Assembly: GCA_964016885.1 (NCBI GenBank)
Contig: OZ024740.1
Location: forward strand, 206,460,001-206,524,000
Source of the DNA: Eledone cirrhosa
Lineage: Eukaryota
Direction of reading: 5' to 3'
DNA: 64,000 nucleotides
Shown in pieces: positions 35,930 through 50,900 of the stretch. Below the pieces are notes generated by a model, which did not search any database, had not been told where the DNA came from, and worked only from the letters and a program-made list of their open reading frames with translations. Positions within the stretch are counted from its first letter, which is position 1. Each line of letters begins with the position of its first letter. A program made the translations under genes and the position numbers.

Positions 35930-38900
35930 CAGGGAAATGGTATTGAAAAGGGTTGTTATCGAGGTGACCTAATCAGCAGTAGGGGAGGATGCCCTGAAAG
36001 TGTTGTAACTAGTCAGAACAGTTTATGAGGAATTGGATGTAGTGTGTAATAGAGAAGACTGCACTGACACGGACATTTGATGTGTATGGAAAATAATAGC
36101 TGTATAATGAAGTGTAGAGGAATATCAATTGTGGGGATTTGTGGGAGAGGTAGATGAAGGTAGACAGATGTGGAAGAGGTAGATGAAGGTAGACAGATGA
36201 GGAAGAGGTAGATGAAGGTAGACAGATGAGGGAGAGGTAGATGAAGGTAGACAGATGAGGAAGAGGTAGATGAAGGTAGACAGATGAGGAAGAGGTAGAT
36301 GAAGGTAGACAGATGAGGGAGAGGGAGATAAAGGTAGACAGATGAGGGAGAGGGAGATAAAGGTAGACAGATGAGGAAGAGGTAGACGAAGCTAGACAGA
36401 TGAGGAAGAGGTAGATGAAGGTAGACAGATGAGGAAGAGGTAGATGAAGGTAGACAGATGAGGGAGAGGTAGATGAAGGTAGACAGATGAGGGAGAGGTA
36501 GATGAAGGTAGACAGATGAGGAAGAGGTAGATGAAGGTAGACCGATGAAGAAGAGGTAGATGAAGGTAGACAGATGAGGGAGAGGTAGATGAAGGTAGAC
36601 AGATGAGGAAGAGGTAGATGAAGGTAGACAGATGGAGAGGTACATGAAGGGAGGCAGATGTGGAAGAGGTAGACAGATGAGGGAGAGGTAGATGAAGGTA
36701 GACAGATGAAGAAGAGGTAGATGAAGGTAGACAGATGAGTGAGAGGTAGATGAAGGTAGACAGATGAAGAAGAGGTAGATGAAGGTAGACAGATGAGGAA
36801 GAGGTAGATGAAGGTAGACAGATGAGGGAGAGGTAGATGAAGGTAGACAGAGGAAGAAGAGGTAGATGAAGGTAGACAGATGTGGAAGAGGTAGATGAAG
36901 GTAGACAGATGAGGAAGAGGTAGATGAAGGTAGACACATGAGGGAGAGGTAGATGAAGGTAGACAGATGAGGAAGAGGTAGATGAAGGTAGACAGAGGAA
37001 GAAGAGGTAGATGAAGGTAGACAGATGAGGGAGAGGAAGATAAAGGTAGACAGATGAGGGAGAGGAAGATAAAGGTAGACAGATGAGGGAGAGGTAGATG
37101 AAGAAGAGGTAGATGAAGGTATACAGATGAGGAAGAGGTAGATGAAGGTAGACACATGAGGGAGAGGTAGATGAAGGTAGACAGAGGATGAAGAGGTAGA
37201 TGAAGGTAGACATGAGGGAGAGGTAGATGAAGGTAGACAGATGAGGGAGAGGTAGATAAAGGTAGACAGATGAGGGAGAGGTAGATAAAGGTAGACAGAT
37301 GTGGAAGAGGTAGATGAAGGTAGACAGATGAGGGAGAGGGAGATAAAGGTAGACAGATGAGGAAGAGGTAGATGAAGCTAGACAGATGAGGAAGAGGTAG
37401 ATGAAGGTAGACAGATGAGGGAGAGGTAGATGAAGGTAGACAGATGAGGAAGAGGTAGATTAAGGTAGACACATGTGGAAGAGGTAGATGAAGGTAGACA
37501 GATGAAGAAGAGGTAGATGAAGGTAGACAGATGTGGAAGAGGTAGATGAAGGTAGACAGATGAAGAAGAGGTAGATGAAGGTAGACAGATGAAGAAGAGG
37601 TAGACAGATGTGGAAGAGGTAGATGAAGGTAGACAGATGAAGAAGAGGTAGATGAAGGTAGACAGATGAGGGAGAGGTAGATGAAGGTAGACAGATGTGG
37701 AAGAGGTAGATGGAGGTAGACAGATGAGGGAGAGGTAGATGAAGGTAGACAGATGAGGGAGAGGTAGATGAAGGTAGAAAGATGAAGAAAAGGTAGATGA
37801 AGGTAGACAGATGAGGAAGAGGTAGATGAAGGTAGACAGATGAGGAAGAGGTGGATGAAGGTAGACGGATGAGGGAGAGGTAGATCAATGTAGGCAGATA
37901 GGGAGAGGTAGATGAATGTAGACGAAGAAGAAGAGGTAGATGAAGGTAGACAGATGAAGGTAGACAGATGGGGGAGAGGTAGATGAAGGTAGACAGATGA
38001 AGAAGAGGTAGATGAAGGTAGACATGAAGAAGTAGACAGATGAGGAAGAGGTAGATGAAGGTAGACAGATGAGGGAGAGGTAGATGAAGGTAGACAGATG
38101 AAGAAGAGGTAGATGAAGAAGAGGTAGATGTGGAAGAAGTAGATGAATGTAGACAGATGAGGAAGAGGTAGACTGAAGAAGAGGTAGATGAAGGTAGACA
38201 GATGAAGAAGAGGTAGGTGAAGGTAGACATGTGGAAGAGGTAGATGAAGGTAGACAGATGAGGAAGAGGTAGATGAAGATAGACAGATGAGGGAGAGGTA
38301 GGTGAAGGTAGACAGATGAAGAAGAGGTAGATGAAGGTAGACATATGTGGAAGAGGTAGATGAAGGTAGACAGATGAGGTAGATGAAGGTAGACAGATGA
38401 GGAAGAGGTAGATGAAGGTAGACAGATGAGGAAGAGGTAGATGAAGGTAGACAGATGAGGAAGAGGTAGATGAAGGTAGATATGAGGGAGAGGTAGATGA
38501 AGGTAGACGGATGAGGAAGAAGTGGATGAAGGTAGACGGATGAGGGAGAGGTAGATGAAGGTAGACAGATGAAGAAAAGGTAGATGAAGAAAAGGTAGAT
38601 GAAGGTAGACAGATGAGGAAGAGGTAGACAGATGTGGAAGTGGTAGATGAAGGTAGACAGATGAGGGAGAGGTAGATGAAGGTAGACAGATGAGGAAGAG
38701 GTAGACAGATGTGGGAGAGGTAGATGAAGGTAGACAGATGAAGAAAAGGTAGATGAAGGTAGACAGATGGGGGAGAGGTAGATGAAGGTAGACAGATGAA
38801 GAAGAGGTAGACAGATGAATGAGATGAAGATAGACAGATGAGGAGGTAGATGAAGGTAGACAGTTGAAGGAGAGGTAGATGAAGGGAGACAGATGGGGGA

Positions 38901-41900
38901 GAGGTAGATGAAGGTAGACAGATGAGGAAGTGGTAGATGAAGGTAGACAGATGAGGAAGAGGTAGATGAAGGTAGACAGATGTTGAAGAGGTAGATGAAG
39001 GTAGACAGATGTTGAAGAGGTAGATGAAGGTAGACAGATGAGGAAGAGGTAGATGAAGGTAGACAGATGAGGAAGAAGTAGATGAAGGTAGACAGATGTG
39101 GAAGAGGTAGATGAAAGTAGACAGATGTGGAAGAGGTAGATGAAGGTAGACAGATGAGGGAGAGGTAGATGAAGGTAGACAGATGAAGACGTAGATGAAG
39201 GTAGACAGATGAGGAAGACGTAGATGAAGGTAGACAGATGAGGAAGTGGTAGATGAAGGTAGACAGATGAGGAAGAGGTAGATGAAGGTAGACAGATGTT
39301 GAAGAGGTAGATGAAGGTAGACAGATGAGGAAGAGGTAGATGAAGGTAGACAGATGAGGAAGAAGTAGATGAAGGTAGACAGATGAGGAAGAAGTAGATG
39401 AAGGTAGACAGATGTGGAAGAGGTAGATGAACGTAGACAGATGAGGAAGAGGTAGATGAAGGTAGACGGATGAGGAAGAAGTGGATGAAGGTAGACGGAT
39501 GAGGGAGAGGTAGATGAAGGTAGACAGATGAGGTAGATGAAGGTAGACAGATGAAAAGGTAGATGAAGGTAGACAGATGAAGGTAGACAGATGCGGAAGA
39601 GGTAGACAGATGTGGAAGAGGTAGATGGAGGTAGACAGATGAGGGAGAGGTAGATGAAGGTAGACAGATGAGGGAGAGGTAGATGAAGGTAGACAGATGT
39701 GGGAGAGGTAGATGAAGGTAGACAGATGAAGAAAAGGTAGATGAATGTAGACAGATGGGGAGAGGTAGATGAAGGTAGACAGATGAAGAAGAGGTAGACA
39801 GATGAGTGAGATGAAGGTAGACAGATGAGGGAGTGGTAGATGAAGAAGAGGTAGATGAAGGTAGACATATGGGGAGAGGTAGATGAAGGTAGACAGATGA
39901 GGGAGAGGTAGATGAAGGTAGACAGATGAAGAAGAGGTAGATGAAGGTAGACAGATGTGGAAGAGGTAGATGAAGGTAGACAGATGAGCGAGAGGTAGAT
40001 GAAGGTAGACAGATGTGGAAGAGGTATGTGAAGGTAGACAGATGTGGAAGAGGTAGATGAATGTAGACAGATGAGGAAGAGGTAGATGAAGGTAGACAGA
40101 TGTTGAAGAGGTAGATGAAGGTAGACAGATGAGGGAGAGGTAGATGAAGGTAGACAGATGAGGAAGAAGTAGATGAAGGTAGACAGATGTGGAAGAGGTA
40201 GATGAAAGTAGACAGATGTGGAAGAGGTAGATGAAGGTAGACAGATGAGGGAGAGGTAGATGAAGGTAGACAGATGAGGAAGACGTAGATGAAGGTAGAC
40301 AGATGAGGAAGTGGTAGATGAAGGTAGACAGATGAGGAAGAGGTAGATGAAGGTAGACAGATGTTGAAGAGGTAGATGAAGGTAGACAGATGTTGAAGAG
40401 GTAGATGAAGGTAGACAGATGAGGAAGAGGTAGATGAAGGTAGACAGATGAGGAAGAAGTAGATGAAGGTAGACAGATGTGGAAGAGGAAGATGAAGGTA
40501 GACAGATGAGGAAGAGGTAGATGAAGGTAGACAGATGAGGGAGAGGTAGATGAAGCTAGACAGATGAAGAAGAGGTAGATGAAGGTTGACAGATGAGGAA
40601 GAGGTAGATGAAGGTAGACAGATGAGGAAGAGGAAGATGAAGGTAGACAGATGAGGAAGAGGTAGATGAAGGTAGACAGATGAGGGAGAGGTAGATGAAG
40701 CTAGACAGATGAAGAAGAGGTAGATGAAGGTAGACAGATGAGGAAGAGGTAGATGAACGTAGACATATGTGGAAGAGGTACATGAAGAAGAGGTAGATGA
40801 AGGTAGACATGAGGGAGAGGTAGATGAAGGTAGATGGATGAGGAAGAAGTGGATGAAGGTAGACAGATGAGGGAGAGGTAGATGAAGGTAGACAGATGAG
40901 GAAGAGGTAGATGAAGGTAGACAGATGAAGAAGAGGTAGATGAACGTAGACAGATGAGGAAGAGGTAGATGAAGGTAGACGGATGAGGAAGAAGTGGATG
41001 AAGGTAGACGGATGAGGGAGAGGTAGATGAAGGTAGACAGATGAGGTAGATGAAGGTAGACAGATGAAGGTAGACAGATGCGGAAGAGGTAGACAGATGC
41101 GGAAGAGGTAGACAGATGTGGAAGAGGTAGATGGAGGTAGACAGATGAGGGAGAGGTAGATGAAGGTAGACAGATGAGGGAGAGGTAGATGAAGGTAGAC
41201 AGATGTGGGAGAGGTAGATGAAGGTAGACAGATGAAGAAAAGGTAGATGAAGGTAGACAGATGGGGAGAGGTAGATGAAGGTAGACAGATGAAGAAGAGG
41301 TAGACAGATGAGTGAGATGAAGGTAGACAGATGAGGGAGTGGTAGATGAAGGTAGACAGATGAAGAAGAGGTAGATGAAGGTAGACAGATGTGGAAGAGG
41401 TAGATGAAGGTAGACAGATGAAGAAGAGGTAGATGAAGGTAGACAGATGTGGAAGAGGTAGATGAAGGTAGACAGATGAGCGAGAGGTAGATGAAGGTAG
41501 ACAGATGTGGAAGAGGTAGATGAAGGTAGACAGATGTGGAAGAGGTAGACAGATGAAGAAGAGGTAGATGAAGGTAGACAGATGTGGAAGAGGTAGATGA
41601 AGGTAGACAGATGTGGAAGAGGTATGTGAAGGTAGACAGATGGAGAAGAGGTAGATAAAGGTAGACAGATGAGGGAGAGGTAGGTGAAGGTAGACAGATG
41701 AGGAAGAGGTAGATGAAGGTAGACAGATGAGGGAGAGGTAGATGAAGGTAGACAGATGAAGAAGAGGTAGATGAAGGTAGACATATGTGGAAGAGGTAGA
41801 TGAAGGTAGACATATGTGGAAGAGGTAGATGAAGGTAGACAGATGAGGGAGGTAGATGAATGTAGACAGATGTGGAAGAGGTAGATGAAGGTAGACAGAT

Positions 41901-44900
41901 GAAGAAGAGGTAGACAGATGTGTAAGAGGTAGATGAAGGTAGACAGATGAAGAAGAGGTAGATGAAGGTAGACAGATGAGGGAGAGGTAGATGAAGCTAG
42001 ACAGATGTGGAAGAGGTAGATGAAGGTAAACAGATGAAGAAGAGGTAGATGAAGGTAGACAGATGAGGGAGAGGTAGATGAAGGTAGACAGATGAGGAAG
42101 AGGTAGATGAAGGTAGACAGATGAGGAAGAGGTAGATGAAGGTAGACAGATGGAGAAGAGGTAGATAAAGGTAGACAGATGAGGGAGAGGTAGGTGAAGG
42201 TAGACAGATGAGGAAGAGGTAGATGAAGGTAGACAGATGAGGGAGAGGTAGATGAAGGTAGACAGATGAAGAAGAGGTAGATGAAGGTAGACATATGTGG
42301 AAGAGGTAGATGACGGTAGACATATGTGGAAGAGGTAGATGAAGGTAGACAGATGAGGGAGGTAGATGAATGTAGACAGATGTGGAAGAGGTAGATGAAG
42401 GTAGACAGATGAGGAAGAGGTAGACAGATGTGTAAGAGGTAGATGAAGGTAGACAGATGAAGAAGAGGTAGATGAAGGTAGACAGATGAGGGAGAGGTAG
42501 ATGAAGGTAGACAGATGTGGAAGAGGTAGATGAAGGTAAACAGATGAAGAAGAGGTAGATGAAGGTAGACAGATGAGGGAGAGGTAGATGAAGGTAGACA
42601 GATGAGGAAGAGGTTGATGAAGGTAGATATATGTGGAAGAGGTAGACAGATGAAGAAGAGGTAGATGAAGGTAGACAGATGTGAAAGAGGTAGACAGATG
42701 AAGAAGAGCTAGATGAAGGTAGACAGATGTGGAAGAGGTAGATGAAGGTAGACAGATGAGGGAGAGGTAGATGACGGTAGACAGATGTGGAAGAGGTAGA
42801 TGAAGGTAGACATATGTGGAAGAGGTAGATGAAGGTAGACAGATGAGGAAGAGGTAGATGAAGGTAGACAGATGAAGAAGAGGTAGATGAAGGTAGACAG
42901 ATGTGGAAGAGGTAGATGGAGGTAGACGGGAGAGGTAGATGAAGGTAGACAGATGAGGGAGAGGTAGGTGAAGGTAGACAGATGAGGAAGAGGTAGATGA
43001 AGGTAGACAGATGAGGAAGAGGTAGATGAAGGTAGACAGATGAGGGAGAGGTAGATGAAGGTAGACAGATGAAGAAGAGGTAGATGAAGGTAGACAGATG
43101 AGGAAGAGGTAGATGAAGGTAGACAGATGAGGGAGAGGTAGATGAAGGTAGACAGATGAGGGAGAGGTAGATGAAGGTAGACAGATGAAGAAGAGGTAGA
43201 TGAAGGTAGACAGATGAGCGAGAGGTAGATGAAGGTAGACAGATGAGGGAGAGGTAGATGAAGGTAGACAGATGAGGGAGAGGTAGGTGAAGGTAGACAG
43301 ATGAGGAAGAGGTAGATGAAGGTAGACAGATGAGGAAGAGGTAGATGAAGGTAGACAGATGAGGGAGAGGTAGATGAAGGTAGACAGATGAAGAAGAGGT
43401 AGATGAAGGTAGACAGATGAGGAAGAGGTAGATGAAGGTAGACAGATGAGGGAGAGGTAGATGAAGGTAGACAGATGAGGGAGAGGTAGATGAAGGTAGA
43501 CAGATGAAGAAGAGGTAGATGAAGGTAGACAGATGAGGGAGAGGTAGATGAAGGTAGACAGATGAAGAAGAGGTAGATGAAGGTAGACAGATGAGGAAGA
43601 GGTAGATGAAGGTAGACAGATGAGGGAGAGGTAGATGAAGGTAGACAGATGAAGAAGAGGTAGATGAAGGTAGACAGATGAGGAAGAGGTAGATGAACGT
43701 AGACATATGTGGAAGAGGTACATGAAGGGAGACAGATGAAGAAGAGGTAGATGAAGGTAGACATGAGGGAGAGGTAGATGAAGGTAGATGGATGAGGAAG
43801 AAGTGGATGAAGGTAGACAGATGAGGGAGAGGTAGATGAAGGTAGACAGATGAGGAAGAGTTAGATGAAGGTAGACAGATGAAGAGGTAGATGAAGTAGA
43901 CAGATGAGGAAGAGGTAGATGAAGGTAGACGGATGAGGAAGAAGTGGATGAAGGTAGACGGATGAGGGAGAGGTAGATGAAGGTAGACAGATGAGGTAGA
44001 TGAAGGTAGACAGATGAAAAGGTAGATGAAGGTAGACAGATGAAGAAGAGGTAGATGAAGGTAGACAGATGAGGAAGAGGTAGACAGATGTGGAAGAGGT
44101 AGATGGAGGTAGACAGATGAGGGAGAGGTAGATGAAGAAGATGTAGATGAAGGTAGACAGATGAGGGAGAGGTAGATGAAGTTAGACAGATGGGGGAGAG
44201 GTAGATGAAGGTAGACAGATGAAGAAGAGGTAGACAGATGAGGGAGTGGTAGATGAAGGTAGACAGATGGGGAGAGGTAGATGAAGGTAGACAGATGAGG
44301 GAGAGGTAGATGAAGGTAGACAGATGAAGAAGAGGTAGATGAAGGTAGACAGATGTGGAAGAGGTAGATGAAGGTAGACAGATGTGGAAGAGGTAGACAG
44401 ATGAAGAAGAGGTAGATGAAGGTAGACAGATGTGGAAGAGGTAGATGAAGGTAAACAGATGAAGAAGAGGTAGATGAAGGTAGACAGATGAAGAAGAGGT
44501 AGATGAAGGTAGACAGATGTGGAAGAGGTAGATGAAGGTAGACAGATGTGGAAGAGGTATGTGAAGGTAGACAGATGTGGAAGAGGGAGATGAATGTAGA
44601 CAGATGAGGAAGAGGTAGATGAAGGTAGACAGATGGAGAAGAGGTAGATAAAGGTAGACAGATGAGGGAGAGGTAGGTGAAGGTAGACAGATGAGGAAGA
44701 GGTAGATGAAGGTAGACAGATGAGGTAGATGAAGGTAGACAGATGAAGAGGTAGATGAAGGTAGACATATGTGGAAGAGGTAGATGAAGGTAGACAGATG
44801 AGGGAGAGGTAGATGAATGTAGACAGATGTGGAAGAGGTAGATGAAGGTAGACAGATGAGGAAGAGGTAGACAGATGTGTAAGAGGTAGATGAAGGTAGA

Positions 44901-47900
44901 CAGATGAAGAAGAGGTAGATGAAGGTAGACAGATGAGGGAGAGGTAGATGAAGGTAGACAGATGTGGAAGAGGTAGATGAAGGTAAACAGATGAAGAAGA
45001 GGTAGATGAAGGTAGACAGATGAGGGAGAGGTAGATGAAGGTAGACAGATGAGGAAGAGGTTGATGAAGGTAGATATATGTGGAAGAGGTAGACAGATGA
45101 AGAAGAGGTAGATGAAGGTAGACAGATGTGGAAGAGGTAGACAGATGAAGAAGAGCTAGATGAAGGTAGACAGATGTGGAAGAGGTAGATGAAGGTAGAC
45201 AGATGAGGGAGAGGTAGATGACGGTAGACAGATGTGGAAGAGGTAGATGAAGGTAGACATATGTGGAAGAGGTAGATGAAGGTAGACAGATGAGGAAGAG
45301 GTAGACAGATGTGGAAGAGGTAGACAGATGAGGGAGAGGTAGATGAAGGTAGACAGATGAGGAAGAGGTAGTTGAAGGTAGACAGATGAGGTAGATGAAG
45401 GTAGACAGATGAAGAAGAGGTAGATGAAGGTAGACAGATGAGGGAGAGGTAGATGAAGGTAGACAGATGAGGGAGAGGTAGATGAAGGTAGTCAGGTGAA
45501 GAAGAGGTAGATGAAGGTAGACAGATGTGGAAGAGGTAGATGAAAGTAGACAGATGTGGAAGAGGTAGATGAAGGTAGACAGATGAAGAAGCGGTAGATG
45601 AAGGTAGACAGATGTGGAAGAGGTAGATGAAGGTAGACAGATGAGGGAGAGGTAGATGAAGGTAGACAGATGAGGAAGACGTAGATGAAGGTAGACAGAT
45701 GAGGAAGTGGTAGATGAAGGTAGACAGATGAGGAAGAAGTAGATGAAGGTAGACAGATGTTGAAGAGGTAGATGAAGGTAGACAGATGTGGAAGAGGTAG
45801 ATGAAGGTAGACAGATGAGGAAGAGGTAGATGAAGGTAGACAGATGAGGGAGAGGTAGATGAAGGTAGACAGATGAAGAGGTAGATGAAGGTAGACATAT
45901 GTGGAAGAGGTAGATGAAGGTAGACAGATGAGGGAGAGGTAGATGAATGTAGACAGATGTGGAAGAGGTAGATGAAGGTAGACAGATGAGGAAGAGGTAG
46001 ACAGATGTGTAAGAGGTAGATGAAGGTAGACAGATGAAGAAGAGGTAGATGAAGGTAGACAGATGAGGGAGAGGTAGATGAAGGTAGACAGATGAGGAAG
46101 AAGTAGATGAAGGTAGACAGATGTTGAAGAGGTAGATGAAGGTAGACAGATGTGGAAGAGGTAGATGAAGGTAGACAGATGAGGAAGAGGTAGATGAAGG
46201 TAGACAGATGAGGGAGAGGTAGATGAAGGTAGACAGATGAAGAGGTAGATGAAGGTAGACATATGTGGAAGAGGTAGATGAAGGTAGACAGATGAGGGAG
46301 AGGTAGATGAATGTAGACAGATGTGGAAGAGGTAGATGAAGGTAGACAGATGAGGAAGAGGTAGACAGATGTGTAAGAGGTAGATGAAGGTAGACAGATG
46401 AAGAAGAGGTAGATGAAGGTAGACAGATGAGGGAGAGGTAGATGAAGGTAGACAGATGTGGAAGAGGTAGATGAAGGTAAACAGATGAAGAAGAGGTAGA
46501 TGAAGGTAGACAGATGAGGGAGAGGTAGATGAAGGTAGACAGATGAGGAAGAGGTTGATGAAGGTAGATATATGTGGAAGAGGTAGACAGATGAAGAAGA
46601 GGTAGATGAAGGTAGACAGATGTGGAAGAGGTAGACAGATGAAGAAGAGCTAGATGAAGGTAGACAGATGTGGAAGAGGTAGATGAAGGTAGACAGATGA
46701 GGGAGAGGTAGATGACGGTAGACAGATGTGGAAGAGGTAGATGAAGGTAGACATATGGGGAAGAGGTAGATGAAGGTAGACAGATGAGGAAGAGGTAGAT
46801 GAACGTAGACAGATGAGGAAGAGGTAGATTAAGGTAGACAGATGAAGAAGAGGTAGATGAAGGTAGACAGATGTGGAAGAGGTAGATGGAGGTAGACAGA
46901 TGAGGGAGAGGTAGATGAAGGTAGACAGATGAGGGAGAGGTAGATGAAGGTAGAAAGATGAAGAAAAGGTAGATGAAGGTAGACAGATGAGGAAGAGGTA
47001 GATGAAGGTAGACAGATGAGGAAGAGGTGGATGAAGGTAGACGGATGAGGGAGAGGTAGATCAATGTAGGCAGATGTGGAGAGGTAGATGAATGTAGATG
47101 AAGAAGAAGAGGTAGATGAAGGTAGACAGATGGGGGAGAGGTAGATGAAGGTAGACAGATGAAGAAGAGGTAGATGAAGGTAGACATGAAGAAGAGGTAG
47201 ACAGATGAGGAAGAGGTAGATGAAGGTAGACAGATGAGGGAGAGGTAGATGAAGGTAGACAGATGAAGAAGAGGTAGATGAAGGTAGACAGATGAAGAAG
47301 AGGTAGATGAAGATAGACAGATGAGGGAGAGGTAGGTGAAGGTAGACAGATGAAGAAGAGGTAGATGAAGGTAGACATATGTGGAAGAGGTAGATGAAGG
47401 TAGACAGATGAGGAAGAGGTAGATGAAGGTAGACAGATGAGGAAGAGGTAGATGAAGGTAGACAGATGAGGAAGAGGTAGATGAAGGTAGACAGATGAGG
47501 AAGAGGTAGATGAACGTAGACATATGTGGAAGAGGTACATGAAGGTAGACATGAGGGAGAGGTAGATGAAGGTAGATGGATGAGGAAGAAGTGGATGAAG
47601 GTAGACAGATGAGGGAGAGGTAGATGAAGGTAGACAGATGAGGAAGAGGTAGATGAAGGTAGACAGATGAAGAAGAGGTAGATGAACGTAGACAGATGAG
47701 GAAGAGGTAGATGAAGGTAGACAGATGAGGAAGAAGTGGATGAAGGTAGACGGATGAGGCAGAGGTAGATGAAGGTAGACAGATGAAGAAGAGGTAGATG
47801 AAGGTAGACAGATGAGGAAGAGGTAGACAGATGTGGAAGAGGTAGATGGAGGTAGACAGATGAGGAAGAGGTAGTTGAAGGTAGACAGATGAGGGAGAGG

Positions 47901-50900
47901 TAGATGAAGGTAGACAGATGAGGGAGAGGTAGATGAAGGTAGACAGATAAGGAAGAGGTAGATGAAGGTAGACAGATGAGGAAGAGGTAGATGAAGGTAG
48001 ACAGATGAGGAAGAGGTAGATGAACGTAGACATATGTGGAAGAGGTACATGAAGGGAGACAGATGAAGAAGAGGTAGATGAAGGTAGACATGAGGGAGAG
48101 GTAGATGAAGGTAGATGGATGAGGAAGAAGTGGATGAAGGTAGACAGATGAGGTAGATGAAGGTAGACAGATGAGGAAGAGGTAGATGAAGGTAGACAGA
48201 TGAAGAAGAGGTAGATGAACGTAGACAGATGAGGAAGAGGTAGATGAAGGTAGACGGATGAGGAAGAAGTGGATGAAGGTAGACGGATGAGGGAGAGGTA
48301 GATGAAGGTAGACAGATGAGGAAGAGGTAGACAGATGTGGAAGAGGTAGATGGAGGTAGACAGATGAGGAAGAGGTAGTTGAAGGTAGACAGATGAGGGA
48401 GAGGTAGATGAAGGTAGACAGATGAGGGAGAGGTAGATGAAGGTAGACAGATGAGGAAGAGGTAGATGAAGGTAGACAGATGAGGAAGAGGTAGATGAAG
48501 GTAGACAGATGAGGAAGAGGTAGATGAACGTAGACATATGTGGAAGAGGTACATGAAGGGAGACAGATGAAGAAGAGGTAGATGAAGGGAGACAGATGAA
48601 GAAGAGGTAGATGAAGGTAGACATGAGGGAGAGGTAGATGAAGGTAGATGGATGAGGAAGAAGTGGATGAAGGTAGACAGATGAGGTAGATGAAGGTAGA
48701 CAGATGAGGAAGAGGTAGATGAAGGTAGACAGATGAAGAAGAGGTAGATGAACGTAGACAGATGAGGAAGAGGTAGATGAAGGTAGACGGATGAGGAAGA
48801 AGTGGATGAAGGTAGACGGATGAGGGAGAGGTAGATGAAGGTAGACAGATGAGGTAGATGAAGGTAGACAGATGAAAAGGTAGATGAAGGTAGACAGATG
48901 AAGAAGAGGTAGATGAAGGTAGACAGATGAGGAAGAGGTAGACAGATGTGGAAGAGGTAGATGGAGGTAGACAGATGAGGGAGAGGTAGATGAAGAAGAG
49001 GTAGATGAAGGTAGACAGATGTGGGAGAGGTAGATGAAGGTAGACAGATGAAGAAAAGGTAGATGAAGGTAGACAGATGGGGGAGAGGTAGATGAAGGTA
49101 GACAGATGAAGAAGAGGTAGACAGATGAGTGAGATGAAGGTAGACAGATGAGGGAGTGGTAGATGAAGAAGAGGTAGATGAAGGTAGACAGATGGGGAGA
49201 GGTAGATGAAGGTAGACAGATGAAGGTAGACAGATGAGGGAGAGGTAGATGAAGGTAGACAGATGAAGAAGAGGTAGATGAAGGTAGACAGATGTGGAAG
49301 AGGTAGATGAAGGTAGACAGATGAGCGAGAGGTAGATGAAGGTAGACAGATGTGGAAGAGGTAGATGAAGGTAGACAGATGTGGAAGAGGTAGATGAAGG
49401 TAGACAGATGTGGAAGAGGTAGATGAAGGTAAACAGATGAAGAAGAGGTAGATGAAGGTAGACAGATGAAGAAGAGGTAGATGAAGGTAGACAGATGTGG
49501 AAGAGGTAGATGAAGGTAGACAGATGTGGAAGAGGTATGTGAAGGTAGACAGATGTGGAAGAGGTAGATGAATGTAGACAGATGAGGAAGAGGTAGATGA
49601 AGGTAGACAGATGGAGAAGAGGTAGATAAAGGTAGACAGATGAGGGAGAGGTAGGTGAAGGTAGACATATGTGGAAGAGGTAGATGAAGGTAGACAGATG
49701 AGGGAGAGGTAGATGAATGTAGACAGATGTGGAAGAGGTAGATGAAGGTAGACAGATGAGGAAGAGGTAGACAGATGTGTAAGAGGTAGATGAAGGTAGA
49801 CAGATGAAGAAGAGGTAGATGAAGGTAGACAGATGAGGGAGAGGTAGATGAAGGTAGACAGATGTGGAAGAGGTAGATGAAGGTAAACAGATGAAGAAGA
49901 GGTAGATGAAGGTAGACATGAGGGAGAGGTAGATGAAGGTAGACAGATGAGGAAGAGGTTGATGAAGGTAGATATATGTGGAAGAGGTAGACAGATGAAG
50001 AAGAGGTAGATGAAGGTAGACAGATGTGGAAGAGGTAGACAGATGAAGAAGAGCTAGATGAAGGTAGACAGATGTGGAAGAGGTAGATGAAGGTAGACAG
50101 ATGAGGGAGAGGTAGATGACGGTAGACAGATGTGGAAGAGGTAGATGAAGGTAGACATATGTGGAAGAGGTAGATGAAGGTAGACAGATGAGGAAGAGGT
50201 AGACAGATGTGGAAGAGGTAGACAGATGAGGGAGAGGTAGATGAAGGTAGACAGATGAGGAAGAGGTAGTTGAAGGTAGACAGATGAGGTAGATGAAGGT
50301 AGACAGATGAAGAAGAGGTAGATGAAGGTAGACAGATGAGGGAGAGGTAGATGAAGGTAGACAGATGAGGGAGAGGTAGATGAAGGTAGTCAGGTGAAGA
50401 AGAGGTAGATGAAGGTAGACAGATGTGGAAGAGGTAGATGAAAGTAGACAGATGTGGAAGAGGTAGATGAAGGTAGACAGATGAAGAAGCGGTAGATGAA
50501 GGTAGACAGATGTGGAAGAGGTAGATGAAGGTAGACAGATGAGGGAGAGGTAGATGAAGGTAGACAGATGAGGAAGACGTAGATGAAGGTAGACAGATGA
50601 GGAAGTGGTAGATGAAGGTAGACAGATGAGGAAGAAGTAGATGAAGGTAGACAGATGTTGAAGAGGTAGATGAAGGTAGACAGATGTTGAAGAGGTAGAT
50701 GAAGGTAGACAGATGAGGAAGAGGTAGATGAAGGTAGACAGATGAGGAAGAAGTAGATGAAGGTAGACAGATGTGGAAGAGGTAGATGAAGGTAGACAGA
50801 TGAGGAAGAGGTAGATGGAGGTAGACAGATGTGGAAGAGGAAGATGAAGGTAGACAGATGAGGAAGAGGTAGATGAAGGTAGACAGATGAGGGAGAGGTA